Assembly: GCA_963792675.1 (NCBI GenBank)
Contig: CAWBWT010000008.1
Span: 771 to 64,770 of the forward strand
DNA: 64,000 nt
Direction: 5' to 3'
Source of the DNA: an uncultured Alphaproteobacteria bacterium
GTDB lineage: Bacteria > Pseudomonadota > Alphaproteobacteria > Acetobacterales > Acetobacteraceae
The notes beneath the pieces were generated by a model. The model did no database searches. It saw only the letters and a list, made by a program, of their open reading frames with translations, and had not been told where the DNA came from. The stretch's first letter is position 1. Each line of letters starts with the position of its first letter. Shown here one piece after another: positions 39,557 through 49,390 of the stretch. The position numbers and the translations under genes are program-made.

Positions 39557-40273
39557 GTGAGACACACCATGGACACGACAATGACGGACGCGGTGGCGTT
39601 CTATTCCAAGAGCGCCGGCACCTTCCACGACAGCTATGCCACCGACGCCAACCGGCTGGAGCGTGTGCGGGTCTGGCGCGACTTCCTCGATCGCTATGCC
39701 GGCGGCGCTCGTTCCGCCTACGACCTAGGCTGCGGCTCCGGCATCCTCGTCTGCGAGCTCGCCCGGCGCGGCATCGCGACGGTGGGGATCGATGGCTCGG
39801 CGGAAATGCTGGCCATCGCCGCAACCGCCATACGCCAACACGGCTACGCGGACGTGCAGCTGCAGCGGCACCAGCTCCCGATCGCCGACACGGCCGGGTT
39901 CCGCCCCGCCGACCTCGTCATCTCTTCCAGCGCGCTCGAATACCTGCCATCCATCACCGAAGCGCTGGCCTTCGTGCGGCGGCTCACCTGCCCCGGCGGC
40001 ACCGTGATCTTCTCCGTCTCCAACCGCGACTCGCTGAGCCGGAAAGCGGTCCGGCTGGTGCACCGGCTCACGCAGCGGCCGCGCTACCTCGGCTTCCTCA
40101 AGCACTTCATGACGGTCCCGGACATCAAGGATGCGCTTCGTTCCGCCGGGCTCGACTATGTCGAGCACGCCTACTTCGCCCGCGCCGACCGCATCAACCG
40201 CGCTCTCGGCCGCGCCTTGCCGGCGCGCTTCAGCAGCAACATGATCATCGTCGTCGCCCGTCGGCCCGCCTGA
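39557..40273 (+). CDS. Class I SAM-dependent methyltransferase
   Basis: Motif I is AYDLGCGSGILVCELARRG, followed by GIDGSAEML. The start could be GTG 39557 or ATG 39570. Confidence 0.8.
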   Translation: MRHTMDTTMTDAVAFYSKSAGTFHDSYATDANRLERVRVWRDFLDRYAGGARSAYDLGCGSGILVCELARRGIATVGIDGSAEMLAIAATAIRQHGYADVQLQRHQLPIADTAGFRPADLVISSSALEYLPSITEALAFVRRLTCPGGTVIFSVSNRDSLSRKAVRLVHRLTQRPRYLGFLKHFMTVPDIKDALRSAGLDYVEHAYFARADRINRALGRALPARFSSNMIIVVARRPA

Positions 40274-41014
40274 CGCGGCCCCAGGGCGGGCGCCGGCCGG
40301 GCGTGGCCGGCCGTTCCGGACCATACCGCCGCGCATAAGTCATAGGTTCTCGCAAGCAGATCAGGTTGCGTGCGCCGGCGCCTATATCGCGCCTAGCCGA
40401 AACTGGCCGATCACCTCGCGAGGACCCCATGCAACACCAATCGACCCACGACGCGATCAGCACCGACCGCATGCTGGCCGAGCTTCGCGCCGAAGAAGGC
40501 GAGCAGAAGCTTACCTTCCGCGACCTCATCACGGTCGCCGAGCAGTCAATCGGCGTCGTCGGCGCCTGCGCCCTCCTCAACCACCTGATGTAACCCGCCG
40601 ACATTCGACCCGATCGCGGCGAACGCGGTCGCGCCCAACCCGGCCAAGCCCACCCGCTCCGGCGCCCGCTCCTGCCGCCCAAACCCCGCCCGGACCTGAA
40701 CTGCGCACCGCCGGATCGGCCCGCACGGGTGCGCCCTCCCGAGGGTGCAGCCCCGTACGCCGCGCCGCCGCGCTGTCCTCCCATCCGCCCGTCGAACAAT
40801 CGTTGACCGGAGCTTGACTCGGCCCTTGGGCCGGTTGAGGCTAATTCCTTGTTTCCGGACGCATCGCACGGCGACCGGCAACGATCGGGGCGGGTCGGCC
40901 GCCTCCGTCTTCGCCCAGGGCGAGGCGGAGCGGCGCCGAAACCCCTCGGTCCCAACCGTCACGCTCGGCTCGCTTTGCACACCGTCCCACCCCAAGAGGC
41001 ACGGAGCACCCAGG

Positions 41015-42013
41015 ATGGATACCGCGACCAACGTGCAACCGCTCACCGCGCCCCGCACCACCGTCGGTGCCCGCCTGCTCCGATCGCGCGAAGCCGGCAT
41101 CCTGGTCGCGCTTGCAATCATGGTCGGGTTGCTCGCGGTCACCTCGCCCGAGTTCCGCACCGCCGACAACCTGCTCAACAACGCCCGCAACCTCTCCTTC
41201 GTCGGCATCGTCGTGCTCGGCCAGGCCATGGTGATGATCACCGGCGGCATCGACCTCTCGGTCGGCAGCGTCTGGGGCCTGACCGCGGTCTCGACCGCGG
41301 CGCTGATGGGCCAGGGCTGGCCGACCGCGCTCGCGGTGGCCGCCGGCCTCGGCATCGCCGCCCTGTTCGGCCTGTTCAACGGCCTTTGCGTCACCAAGCT
41401 GCGGATGCCGCCCTTCGTGCCCACGCTCGCCACCATGAGCATCGCCCGCGCCCTGGCGCTGGTGATCACCCGGGGCAAGTCGATCAACGACTTCCGCGAA
41501 GAAGGCGACCTGTTCTTCGGCCTTGGCGGCGGCGACACCTTCGGCCTGCCCAACCCGTTCCTGCTGTTCCTCGTGCTGGCCGCGCTCACCTGGGTCGTGC
41601 TCGACCGCACCGTGTTCGGCCGCCAGCTCTACGCGGTCGGCGGCAACGAGCGGGCGGCCAAGCTGAGCGGGCTCGACGTGGACCGCTTGAAGCTGTCGGT
41701 CTACGTGATCTCGGCCGTGCTCGGCGGCCTCGCCGGCATCGTCGAGGTGAGCTACCTGTCCTCGGCCATCGCCAACCAGGGCTTGGGCAAGGAGCTCAGC
41801 GTCATCGCCGCGGCAGTGATCGGCGGCACCGCGCTCACCGGCGGCGAAGGCACTGTGCTCGGCATCTTCGTCGGCACCGTCATCCTCGAAGTGCTGCGCA
41901 ACGGCCTCGTGCTGCTCGGCACCAACTCCTACTGGCAGGGCATCTTCGTCGGCGGCGTCATCATCCTGGCGGTGTTCATCGACCAGCTGCGCAAGGGCCT
42001 GTGGCGCCGCTGA
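41015..42013 (+). CDS. Sugar ABC transporter permease (RbsC family)
   Basis: ATG at 41015 with GGAG 9 nt upstream. Sequence ...GIVVLGQAMVMITGGIDLSVGSVWGL.... The ORF-track extension back to 40745 is rejected. Confidence 0.85.
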   Translation: MDTATNVQPLTAPRTTVGARLLRSREAGILVALAIMVGLLAVTSPEFRTADNLLNNARNLSFVGIVVLGQAMVMITGGIDLSVGSVWGLTAVSTAALMGQGWPTALAVAAGLGIAALFGLFNGLCVTKLRMPPFVPTLATMSIARALALVITRGKSINDFREEGDLFFGLGGGDTFGLPNPFLLFLVLAALTWVVLDRTVFGRQLYAVGGNERAAKLSGLDVDRLKLSVYVISAVLGGLAGIVEVSYLSSAIANQGLGKELSVIAAAVIGGTALTGGEGTVLGIFVGTVILEVLRNGLVLLGTNSYWQGIFVGGVIILAVFIDQLRKGLWRR

Positions 42014-42055
42014 CGGGCAGCGGTCACCATTAGAACAAACATCGGGGAGGACATC

Positions 42056-43003
42056 ATGATCAGAAGAGAATTGCTGCTGACGGCCGGCGCGCTCGGGCTC
42101 GCCGCCGCCTTACCCAACCGCCTCATGGCGCAACAGAAGAAGATCTTCGCGCTGGTGCCGAAGCTGGTCGGCGTCCCGTTCTATGCGGACGTCGAAGCCG
42201 GCTGCAAGGAACAGGCCGCCAAGATGGGCGTCGAATGCCTGTTCACCGGCCCGACCGCGGTGGACGAGGCGGAGCAGGTGCGCGTTATCCGCGACCTCAT
42301 CACCCGCAACGTCTCCGGCCTCGCCATTGCCCCCAACAACCCGGAATCGGTCGCCTCGGCCATCGTCGCCGCCCAGGCCAAGGGCATCCCCGTCATCACC
42401 TTCAACTCCGACGCGCCCAAATCCAAGCGCACCGCCTTCGTCGGCACCGACAACCGCGGCGGCGGCGAGCTCGGCGGCAAGGCCTTCCGCGCCGCCATGC
42501 CCGGCGGCGGCACCTACGCCATCGTCACCGGCGGCCTCGCCGCCGACAACCTCAACGACCGCATCGCCGGCTTCAAGGCGGGTCTCGGCGACGGCTTCAA
42601 GGAGGTCGCCGGCTCGCCCTACCCCTGCGAGGACGACAGCAGCCGCGGCATCCAGATCGTCCAGGACGTGCTGGCCAAGAACCCCAATCTGTCCGGCTTC
42701 TTCTTCTCCGGCGGCTGGCCGATGTTCGCCCCCGAGGCCTATACCCGCGCCGTCCGCAGCCGCACCGACGCGCTCAAGTCCGGCAAGTTCGTCGTCGTCT
42801 CGTTCGACGTGCAGGACCCGCAACTCCGGCTGCTCAAGGCCGGCCTCGCCACCGCGCTGGTCGGCCAGCGCCCGCGCGCCATGGGGGCGCAATCCCTCAT
42901 CGCGCTCGATGCCCTGCTGAACAAGCAGAAGATCCAGCCCGTGATCGACACCGGCGTCGACCTCGTGGAGGCCAAGAACGTGGACCAGTTCCTGAGCAAG
43001 TAA
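42056..43003 (+). CDS. Sugar ABC transporter substrate-binding protein (RbsB-like)
   Basis: GGGGAGG sits upstream. Signal peptide MIRRELLLTAGALGLAAALPNRLMA. PBP-I core includes KKIFALVPKLVGVPFY and VSGLAIAPNNPESV. Confidence 0.85.
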   Translation: MIRRELLLTAGALGLAAALPNRLMAQQKKIFALVPKLVGVPFYADVEAGCKEQAAKMGVECLFTGPTAVDEAEQVRVIRDLITRNVSGLAIAPNNPESVASAIVAAQAKGIPVITFNSDAPKSKRTAFVGTDNRGGGELGGKAFRAAMPGGGTYAIVTGGLAADNLNDRIAGFKAGLGDGFKEVAGSPYPCEDDSSRGIQIVQDVLAKNPNLSGFFFSGGWPMFAPEAYTRAVRSRTDALKSGKFVVVSFDVQDPQLRLLKAGLATALVGQRPRAMGAQSLIALDALLNKQKIQPVIDTGVDLVEAKNVDQFLSK

Positions 43004-43032
43004 CGCCGCAATCCGGCACCGGGGAGGCCGCT

Positions 43033-44535
43033 ATGGCAGTTCTGCTCAGCGTGGAGCACGTGTCCAAAAGCTTCCCCGGCGTGAAGGCGCTGCAGGACGT
43101 GTCGTTCGACGTCGAGTCCGGCACCGTCCACGCCGTCATGGGCGAGAACGGCGCCGGCAAGTCCACGCTCATGCTGTGCATCGCCGGGGTGCAGCGCCCC
43201 GACCCCGGCGGCCGGCTGGTGTTCGAGGGCAACCCGCTCGACCTCGCCACCACCCGCGACGCCAACGCCCACGGCATTGCCATCGTGTTCCAGGAGCTCA
43301 ACCTGGCGCCGAACCTGTCGATCGCCGAGAACATCGTGCTCGGCCAGGAGCCGCGCGCGTCGAAGCTGTTCGTCGACCGCCGGGCCATGGCCGAGCAGGC
43401 ACGCCAGGTCATGCGCCGCCTCGGCATGACGCTCGACCCCGGCACCCGCCTCGGCAGCCTCACCATCGCCCAGCAGCAGCTCGTCGAGATCGCCAAAAGC
43501 CTGGTGCACCGGCCGCGCCTGCTGATCCTCGACGAGCCCACATCGAGCCTGTCCGAAGCCGAAACGCTGGTGCTGTTCCGCGTCATCGCCGACCTCAAGC
43601 GCGAGGGCGTGACGATCCTCTACATCTCGCACCGCATGCGCGAGGTATTCGCGCTCTGCGACGTCGTCACCGTGCTGCGCGACGGCCGCCACGTCCGCAC
43701 GATGCCGCTCGCCGGCACCGACCAGGACGAGATCGTCCGCCTGATGGTCGGCCGCGACCTCGCCTCGGTGCAGCGCGTGCCGCCCACGCCGGAGGAAAAG
43801 CCCGTCGTGCTCGCGGTGCGCGGGCTGACCCGGGCGCCGCAATACCGCGACATCTCGTTCGAGCTGCGCCGCGGCGAGATCGTCGGCCTCGCCGGCCTCG
43901 TCGGCGCCGGGCGGTCGGAGATGGCGCTCGGCGTGTTCGGGGCACCCCCGCCGGACGCAGGCGAGGTTTGGCTCAACGGCAGCCGCCTCCAGGTCGACCG
44001 GCCGCTCACCGCCATGCGCAACGGCATCGGCCTGGTGCCCGAGGACCGCAAGGGCCAGGGCCTCGTGCTGATGCACGGCGTGGGCGTCAACCTGTCCTTG
44101 GCCGCACTGCGTCGCTTGTCCAAGGCCGGCATGATCGACTTCGCCGCCGAGCGCAGCGTGGTGGACAAGTACGTCCAGCGCCTGCGGGTCAAGACCCCCG
44201 GCACCGAGCAGGTGATCGGCCTGCTCAGCGGCGGCAACCAGCAGAAGGTCGTGCTGGCGAAATGGCTCGCCACCAACCCCGCCGTGCTGATCGTGGACGA
44301 GCCGACCCGCGGCGTGGACGTCGGCGCCAAGGCCGAGATCTACGCGCTGCTGCGCGAGCTGGCCGCCGAGGGCCTCGCCATCCTGGTGATCTCGTCCGAC
44401 CTGCCCGAGGTGCTGACCATCTCCGACCGCGTGCTGGTGATGCGCGAAGGCCGCATGATGGGCGAGCTGTCCCACGCCGACGCCACCGAGGAGCGCATCA
44501 TGGCGCTCGCCGCCTTGGAGCACGCTGCCGCCTGA
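43033..44535 (+). CDS. Sugar ABC transporter ATP-binding protein (duplicated ATPase)
   Basis: GGGAGG sits upstream of the ATG at 43033. Walker [10 protein letters not shown], signature LSGGNQQKV and Walker [12 protein letters not shown]-track entry 42235..44535 is a read-through artefact. Confidence 0.9.
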   Translation: MAVLLSVEHVSKSFPGVKALQDVSFDVESGTVHAVMGENGAGKSTLMLCIAGVQRPDPGGRLVFEGNPLDLATTRDANAHGIAIVFQELNLAPNLSIAENIVLGQEPRASKLFVDRRAMAEQARQVMRRLGMTLDPGTRLGSLTIAQQQLVEIAKSLVHRPRLLILDEPTSSLSEAETLVLFRVIADLKREGVTILYISHRMREVFALCDVVTVLRDGRHVRTMPLAGTDQDEIVRLMVGRDLASVQRVPPTPEEKPVVLAVRGLTRAPQYRDISFELRRGEIVGLAGLVGAGRSEMALGVFGAPPPDAGEVWLNGSRLQVDRPLTAMRNGIGLVPEDRKGQGLVLMHGVGVNLSLAALRRLSKAGMIDFAAERSVVDKYVQRLRVKTPGTEQVIGLLSGGNQQKVVLAKWLATNPAVLIVDEPTRGVDVGAKAEIYALLRELAAEGLAILVISSDLPEVLTISDRVLVMREGRMMGELSHADATEERIMALAALEHAAA

Positions 44536-44620
44536 CGGGGGAAACTGCCCGCCGCTCTTAACCGAAAACTTACTCCGCTCACCGATCATCGCCGCACGGG
44601 GAGACGGTCGAGGCGATGAC

Positions 44621-46225
44621 GTGCGGGCTGCAGCGGACCAATTGACGCCACCGATCGAGCAGTCCGCGTCCCGCTGGGGCCTGCACTGGCTGACCGCCGC
44701 CGGGGTCGTCCTCGCGGCGGCAACGCTGGCGCTCGGCATCCTTGTCCTGACCGACCTTCGCGGCGACGCTTGGACGCAAGCCGAAAAAGCGTCCGGCAAC
44801 CTCGCCGCCGCCCTCGAGCAAGACATCACCCGCAACCTCGAAACCCTCGACCTGTCGATCCAGCATGTCGCCGAAGCGCTCGCCCTTCCGGGCATCGAGG
44901 CGGCGACGCCGGAGGTACGCCGCGCCGCGCTGTTCGACCGGGCGGCGGCCGCCAAGCACCTGGGGGTGATCTCGGTGATCGATGCGGACGGCTCTGTCCT
45001 CGAGACCTCGACGGCCAGGGTGTCGCTGCCGAACTACGCCGACCGCGACTACGTCCAGGTCCATCGGCAGCAGCCGGATCTCGGCCTCTTCATCAGCCGG
45101 CCGTTCCACAGCAAGACCACCGGCAACTGGGTGATCGCCTTGAGCCGCCGTCTGTCCACCGCCGACGGCGAGTTCGGCGGCGTCGTCGTCGGCACGGTGC
45201 GGCTCGCACTCTTCTCGAGCATGTTCGAGCGGCTCGATCTCGGGCCGAACGGCACCGTCAGCCTGTTTCGCGAGGACGGCCGCGTGATCCTGCGCAGCCC
45301 CTTTGTCGAAAGCGACATTGACCGCGACCTCGGCGGCGCGCCCACCTTCCAGGATTGCGTCCGGATCGGCGCCGGCAACTTCGTCGCCAAGGCGGCGGTC
45401 GACCAGGTCCGCCGCCTCTACACCTGCCGCCGCCTCCGCCGTCTGCCGTTGGTCCTGAGCGTCAACGTCTCCACCGACACCATTCTCGCCGCCTGGCGCA
45501 GCAAGGCTGCGGCGATCGGCTCGACCCTCACCACCCTCTGCGCCGCCACAATGCTGCTGTCCCTGCTGTTCCGGCGCGAGCTCCGTCGCCGCCAACGCGT
45601 CGAGCTCGCGCTGCGCGCATCGGCCGAGCGACTGTCCACCCTGGCCTCGACCGACGCCATGACCGGCCTGGCCAACCGCCGCGTCTTCGAGGATGCGCTC
45701 GAGCGGGAGTGGCGGCGCGCTATGCGCAACGAGCTGCCGATCGCCCTGCTGCTGTTCGACGCCGACTTCTTCAAGACGTTCAACGACCAATACGGCCACC
45801 CGGCCGGCGATCAGGCGCTGCAAGCGATCGCCGCCTGCATGCTGCAAGGCGTTCGCCGCCCGAACGACCTCGCCGCCCGCTACGGCGGCGAGGAGTTCGC
45901 CATCCTTCTCCCCGACACCGACGACGCGGGCGTCGTCGCGGTGGCCGAGCGCATCCGTGCGGCGATCGAGAGCCTCGGCATCCCGCATCTCGGCAATCCC
46001 GCTGGCCGCATGACCGTCAGCGTCGGCGCGGTCTCGAAGCGGCCACGCCTCGCCGACGACGTCCGCCACTTGGTCGCCGCGGCCGACAAGGCGCTCTACT
46101 CGGCCAAGCGCGCCGGCCGCAACCGAACCGGCCTCACCGGCGACCAGCCGCCGCGCGCCTCCCACGCCGCTTCTGTGACGAAGCCGCTGAACATCGGGCT
46201 GCGCTTGTTCGAGGGAAATCGTTAG
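44621..46225 (+). CDS. Membrane-anchored sensor diguanylate cyclase (periplasmic Cache-like domain plus GGDEF)
   Basis: Two TM segments flank a roughly 250-aa periplasmic region. The GGDEF domain has the active-site motif RYGGEEFAILLPD. I did not look for an I-site. Confidence 0.85.
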   Translation: MRAAADQLTPPIEQSASRWGLHWLTAAGVVLAAATLALGILVLTDLRGDAWTQAEKASGNLAAALEQDITRNLETLDLSIQHVAEALALPGIEAATPEVRRAALFDRAAAAKHLGVISVIDADGSVLETSTARVSLPNYADRDYVQVHRQQPDLGLFISRPFHSKTTGNWVIALSRRLSTADGEFGGVVVGTVRLALFSSMFERLDLGPNGTVSLFREDGRVILRSPFVESDIDRDLGGAPTFQDCVRIGAGNFVAKAAVDQVRRLYTCRRLRRLPLVLSVNVSTDTILAAWRSKAAAIGSTLTTLCAATMLLSLLFRRELRRRQRVELALRASAERLSTLASTDAMTGLANRRVFEDALEREWRRAMRNELPIALLLFDADFFKTFNDQYGHPAGDQALQAIAACMLQGVRRPNDLAARYGGEEFAILLPDTDDAGVVAVAERIRAAIESLGIPHLGNPAGRMTVSVGAVSKRPRLADDVRHLVAAADKALYSAKRAGRNRTGLTGDQPPRASHAASVTKPLNIGLRLFEGNR

Positions 46226-46279
46226 TCCGGCCAAAACGATCGCTTCAGCAAGCCGCCGCCGCTGCCCTACACTGCCGGG

Positions 46280-48310
46280 ATGACCGGCACCAATCCCCTG
46301 CTGCAGCCTTGGACCACCCCGTTCGGCATCCCCCCGTTCGACCGCATCCGCCCCGAGCACTTCGAGCCCGCGTTCGCCGACGCCATGGCGCGGCACCTGG
46401 CCGAAATCGCCGCCATCGCCGCCGACCCGGCGCCGCCGACCTTCGCCAACACGCTCGAGGCGCTGCAACGATCCGGCCGCCCGCTTACCCGGATCGAGGC
46501 CGTGTTCGACAACCTGGCCGCAAGCCTCGGCGGCGCCGACCTCGAAGCCGTCAAGCGCACCATGTCGCCCCGCCTCGCCGAACATCGCATGCAGGTGGCG
46601 CTCGACCCCGGCGTGTTCAGCCGCCTCGACCAGCTGTTCCATGCGCGCGACCGGCTCGGCCTCGCCGAGGACCAGGCGCGCCTGCTCGAACGCACCCACC
46701 TCAACGCGATCCGCAGCGGCGCCGCCCTCGACCCGGCCGCCAAGCAGCGGCTGACCGCCATCTCGGCGCGGCTCGCGCAGCTGCACACCGCGTTCGGCCA
46801 GAACGTGCTGCACGACGAAACCACCTGGCATCTGCCCCTGGCCGGCGCCGACCTCGACGGCCTGCCCGATTTCGTGCGCGACGGCGCCGCCGCGGCCGCC
46901 GCCGAGCGCGGGCTCGAAGGCCACGTGGTCACCCTGTCGCGCTCGCTGATCGAGCCGTTCCTCACCTTCTCCGACCGCCGCGACCTCCGGCGCCGCGCCT
47001 ACGAGGCCTGGATCGCCCGCGGCACCCATCCCGGCGCGCACGACAACCGTCCGTTGATCCCCGAGATCCTGGCCTTGCGGCACGAGCGCGCCGCACTCCT
47101 CGGCTACGACGACTTCGCCGTCTTCAAGCTCGCCGACACCATGGCCGGCACGCCGGAAGCCGTGCAGCGCCTGCTGCACCGGGTGTGGGAGCCGGCCAAA
47201 GCCAAGGCCGCCGCCGAGCGCGACCGCCTGCTCGCCGCCGCCCGCGCCGAGGGCTTCAACGACGCCATCGCGCCCTGGGACTGGCGCTACTACGCCGAAA
47301 AGGTGCGCCGCGCCGACTACGCCCTCGACGAGGCCGAGCTCAAGCCGTTCTTCGAGTTCGAATCCATCCAGCAAGCCGCCTTCGACACCGCCACCCGCCT
47401 GTTCGGCGTGCGCTTCGTGCCCCTGCCGGGCGTCCCGCTCTACCATCCCGACGTGCGCGCCTTCGACGTGCGCGACGCCGATGACGCGCATGTGGGCGTG
47501 TTCCTGGCCGACCCCTTCGCCCGCCCGGACAAGCGGTCCGGCGCCTGGATGAGCAGCTACCGCGACCAGGAAGCCATGGACGACCCGGTCGCGCCGATCA
47601 TCACCAACAACAACAACCTGTCCAAGTCGGCGCCGACCCTGCTGAGCTTCGACGACGCGACCACCCTGTTCCACGAGCTCGGCCACGGCCTGCACGGCCT
47701 GCTGAGCCGCGTGCGCTACCCGGCCCAGTCCGGCACCAGCGTCCGCCGCGATTTCGTCGAGCTGCCGTCGCAGATCTTCGAGCACTGGATGGCGCTGCCC
47801 GACACGCTGCACCGCTACGCCCGCCATCACGCCACCGGCGCGCCGCTCCCGGACGCGCTCATCGCCCGCCTCGTTGCCGCGCGCAACTTCAACGGCGGCT
47901 TCGACACCGTGTCCTACACCGCCTCCGCCTTGATCGACCTGGCCCTGCACCGCCACCCGGCCCCCGCAACGATCGACGTCGACGCGTTCGAGGCGGCGAC
48001 CCTGGCCGAGATCGGCATGCCCGCCGAGATCGGCCTGCGCCACCGCCCGGCCCACTTCCAGCATCTGTTCGACGGCGGCAGTTACGCGGCCGGCTACTAC
48101 AGCTATCTCTGGGCGGAGGTGCTCGACGAGGACGGCTTCGACGCCTTCATCGAAGCCGGCGACCCGTTCGACCCCCGCCTCGCCGCCGGCCTGCGCACGA
48201 TCCTCGCCGCCGGCGACACCCGCGACCCGATGGCCCTCTACGTCGCCTTCCGCGGCCGCGAACCGGACCCGGCCGCGCTGCTCCGCTCGCGCGAGCTGCT
48301 GCCGGCCTGA
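46280..48310 (+). CDS. dcp: M3-family zinc metallopeptidase, peptidyl-dipeptidase Dcp
   Basis: HELGHGLHGLLS (HExxH) with a downstream ...FVELPSQIFEHW.... Length and N-terminus (NPLLQPWTTPFGIPPFDRIRPEHF) are typical of Dcp. Confidence 0.85.
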   Translation: MTGTNPLLQPWTTPFGIPPFDRIRPEHFEPAFADAMARHLAEIAAIAADPAPPTFANTLEALQRSGRPLTRIEAVFDNLAASLGGADLEAVKRTMSPRLAEHRMQVALDPGVFSRLDQLFHARDRLGLAEDQARLLERTHLNAIRSGAALDPAAKQRLTAISARLAQLHTAFGQNVLHDETTWHLPLAGADLDGLPDFVRDGAAAAAAERGLEGHVVTLSRSLIEPFLTFSDRRDLRRRAYEAWIARGTHPGAHDNRPLIPEILALRHERAALLGYDDFAVFKLADTMAGTPEAVQRLLHRVWEPAKAKAAAERDRLLAAARAEGFNDAIAPWDWRYYAEKVRRADYALDEAELKPFFEFESIQQAAFDTATRLFGVRFVPLPGVPLYHPDVRAFDVRDADDAHVGVFLADPFARPDKRSGAWMSSYRDQEAMDDPVAPIITNNNNLSKSAPTLLSFDDATTLFHELGHGLHGLLSRVRYPAQSGTSVRRDFVELPSQIFEHWMALPDTLHRYARHHATGAPLPDALIARLVAARNFNGGFDTVSYTASALIDLALHRHPAPATIDVDAFEAATLAEIGMPAEIGLRHRPAHFQHLFDGGSYAAGYYSYLWAEVLDEDGFDAFIEAGDPFDPRLAAGLRTILAAGDTRDPMALYVAFRGREPDPAALLRSRELLPA

Positions 48311-48514
48311 CCCGGCGCCACTCGTCCGGCGCCGCCCCACGATTGCCGTACCCGGAGCCCGCGTGCACTCTGGCTGCCGCCGAACGCTTCCGCGGCGCAC
48401 CGCCGAGTCCGCGCGACCCCGCGCGGTCGTGGGAGAACCGCGACGATGACCCCCGCCTCCATCCCGCCGCCCGACACGCCTGCACCCCGCCCGGCCCAAG
48501 CGCGGCACTGAACC

Positions 48515-49336
48515 ATGTCCGATTTCTGGACGGCCGGCGGGGTGCTCCTGGTCCTGCTCGTCAGCGCCGCCGCCGGCATGCTCGTGCAAAGCTTCACCGC
48601 CGACGCGCACAAATCCCGCGAAATGCGCGAGCTGTCCCAAGTCGTCACCAGCATGCTCGTGACCCTCGCGGCCCTCGTGCTCGGCCTGCTCACCAGCTCG
48701 GTCGTGCAGTCGTACAACCGGGCCGGCAACAACCTGGGCGACTACGCCGTCGAGCTGATCCGGCTCAGCCAGACGCTCCGGGAGTTCGGGCCCGACGCCG
48801 ACCCGGCCCGCACCCTGCTGCGCGGCTACGTCGCCAACGCGATCGCCACCACTTGGCCGGACGAGCCCAAGCCCGCCGGCATCGACGCCACGCCCGACGC
48901 ATCGCTCCCCGCACCGTCCCCCGCCGCCGCACCGCACTCGAGCCTGGAAAGCGTCGCGCTCGGAACCCTGCTCGACCGCGTCGGGCGAACGATCCGCAGC
49001 CTGCCCACCACCGACCCGGACCACGCGTCCCTGGCCGCCACTGCCAACCGCCAGTTCGAACAGCTCCTCCAGGACCGCTGGACCCTGCTCGAACAAGCCC
49101 ACAGCTCGATCCCGCTGCCGTTCTTCCGGGTGCTGGTGTTCTGGCTCATGATCGTCTTCACGAGCCTGGGCCTGATCGCCCCGCGCAACCTCCTCGCCGG
49201 GGTGATGCTCCTGCTGGCGGCCCTGGCGATCGCCTCGGTCATCTTCGCCATCATGGAGATGGACACGCCGTTCAGCGGCCTCATCGCCGTCCCCAGCGCC
49301 CCGATGCGCGACGCCCTGGCCCACCTCAGCCAATGA
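48515..49336 (+). CDS. Membrane protein of unknown function (possibly DUF4239/bestrophin-like)
   Basis: One N-terminal TM, a second TM (VVTSMLVTLAALVLGLL) and two C-terminal TMs. The family guess is from recall only. Confidence 0.55.
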   Translation: MSDFWTAGGVLLVLLVSAAAGMLVQSFTADAHKSREMRELSQVVTSMLVTLAALVLGLLTSSVVQSYNRAGNNLGDYAVELIRLSQTLREFGPDADPARTLLRGYVANAIATTWPDEPKPAGIDATPDASLPAPSPAAAPHSSLESVALGTLLDRVGRTIRSLPTTDPDHASLAATANRQFEQLLQDRWTLLEQAHSSIPLPFFRVLVFWLMIVFTSLGLIAPRNLLAGVMLLLAALAIASVIFAIMEMDTPFSGLIAVPSAPMRDALAHLSQ

Positions 49337-49390
49337 CGAGCGCCCGTAATCGCCGACACCGACCCCCGACTTCGCAAAGGAGACGCCCGC

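Noticed and set aside
39116-39560. Small ORFs (39116..39325-, 39247..39543+, 39255..39536-, 39359..39628-, 39366..39560+) in the long leader upstream of the priming transferase.
   Set aside because: They are mutually overlapping, Arg/Cys/Ser-rich, lack an SD sequence, and have no recognisable similarity. I treat them as non-coding leader.
40245-41610. Minus-strand ORFs 40245..40955 (236 aa) and 40546..41610 (354 aa).
   Set aside because: They are low-complexity Arg/Pro/Ser/Gly translations. The second is antisense to the well-supported RbsC-type permease gene.
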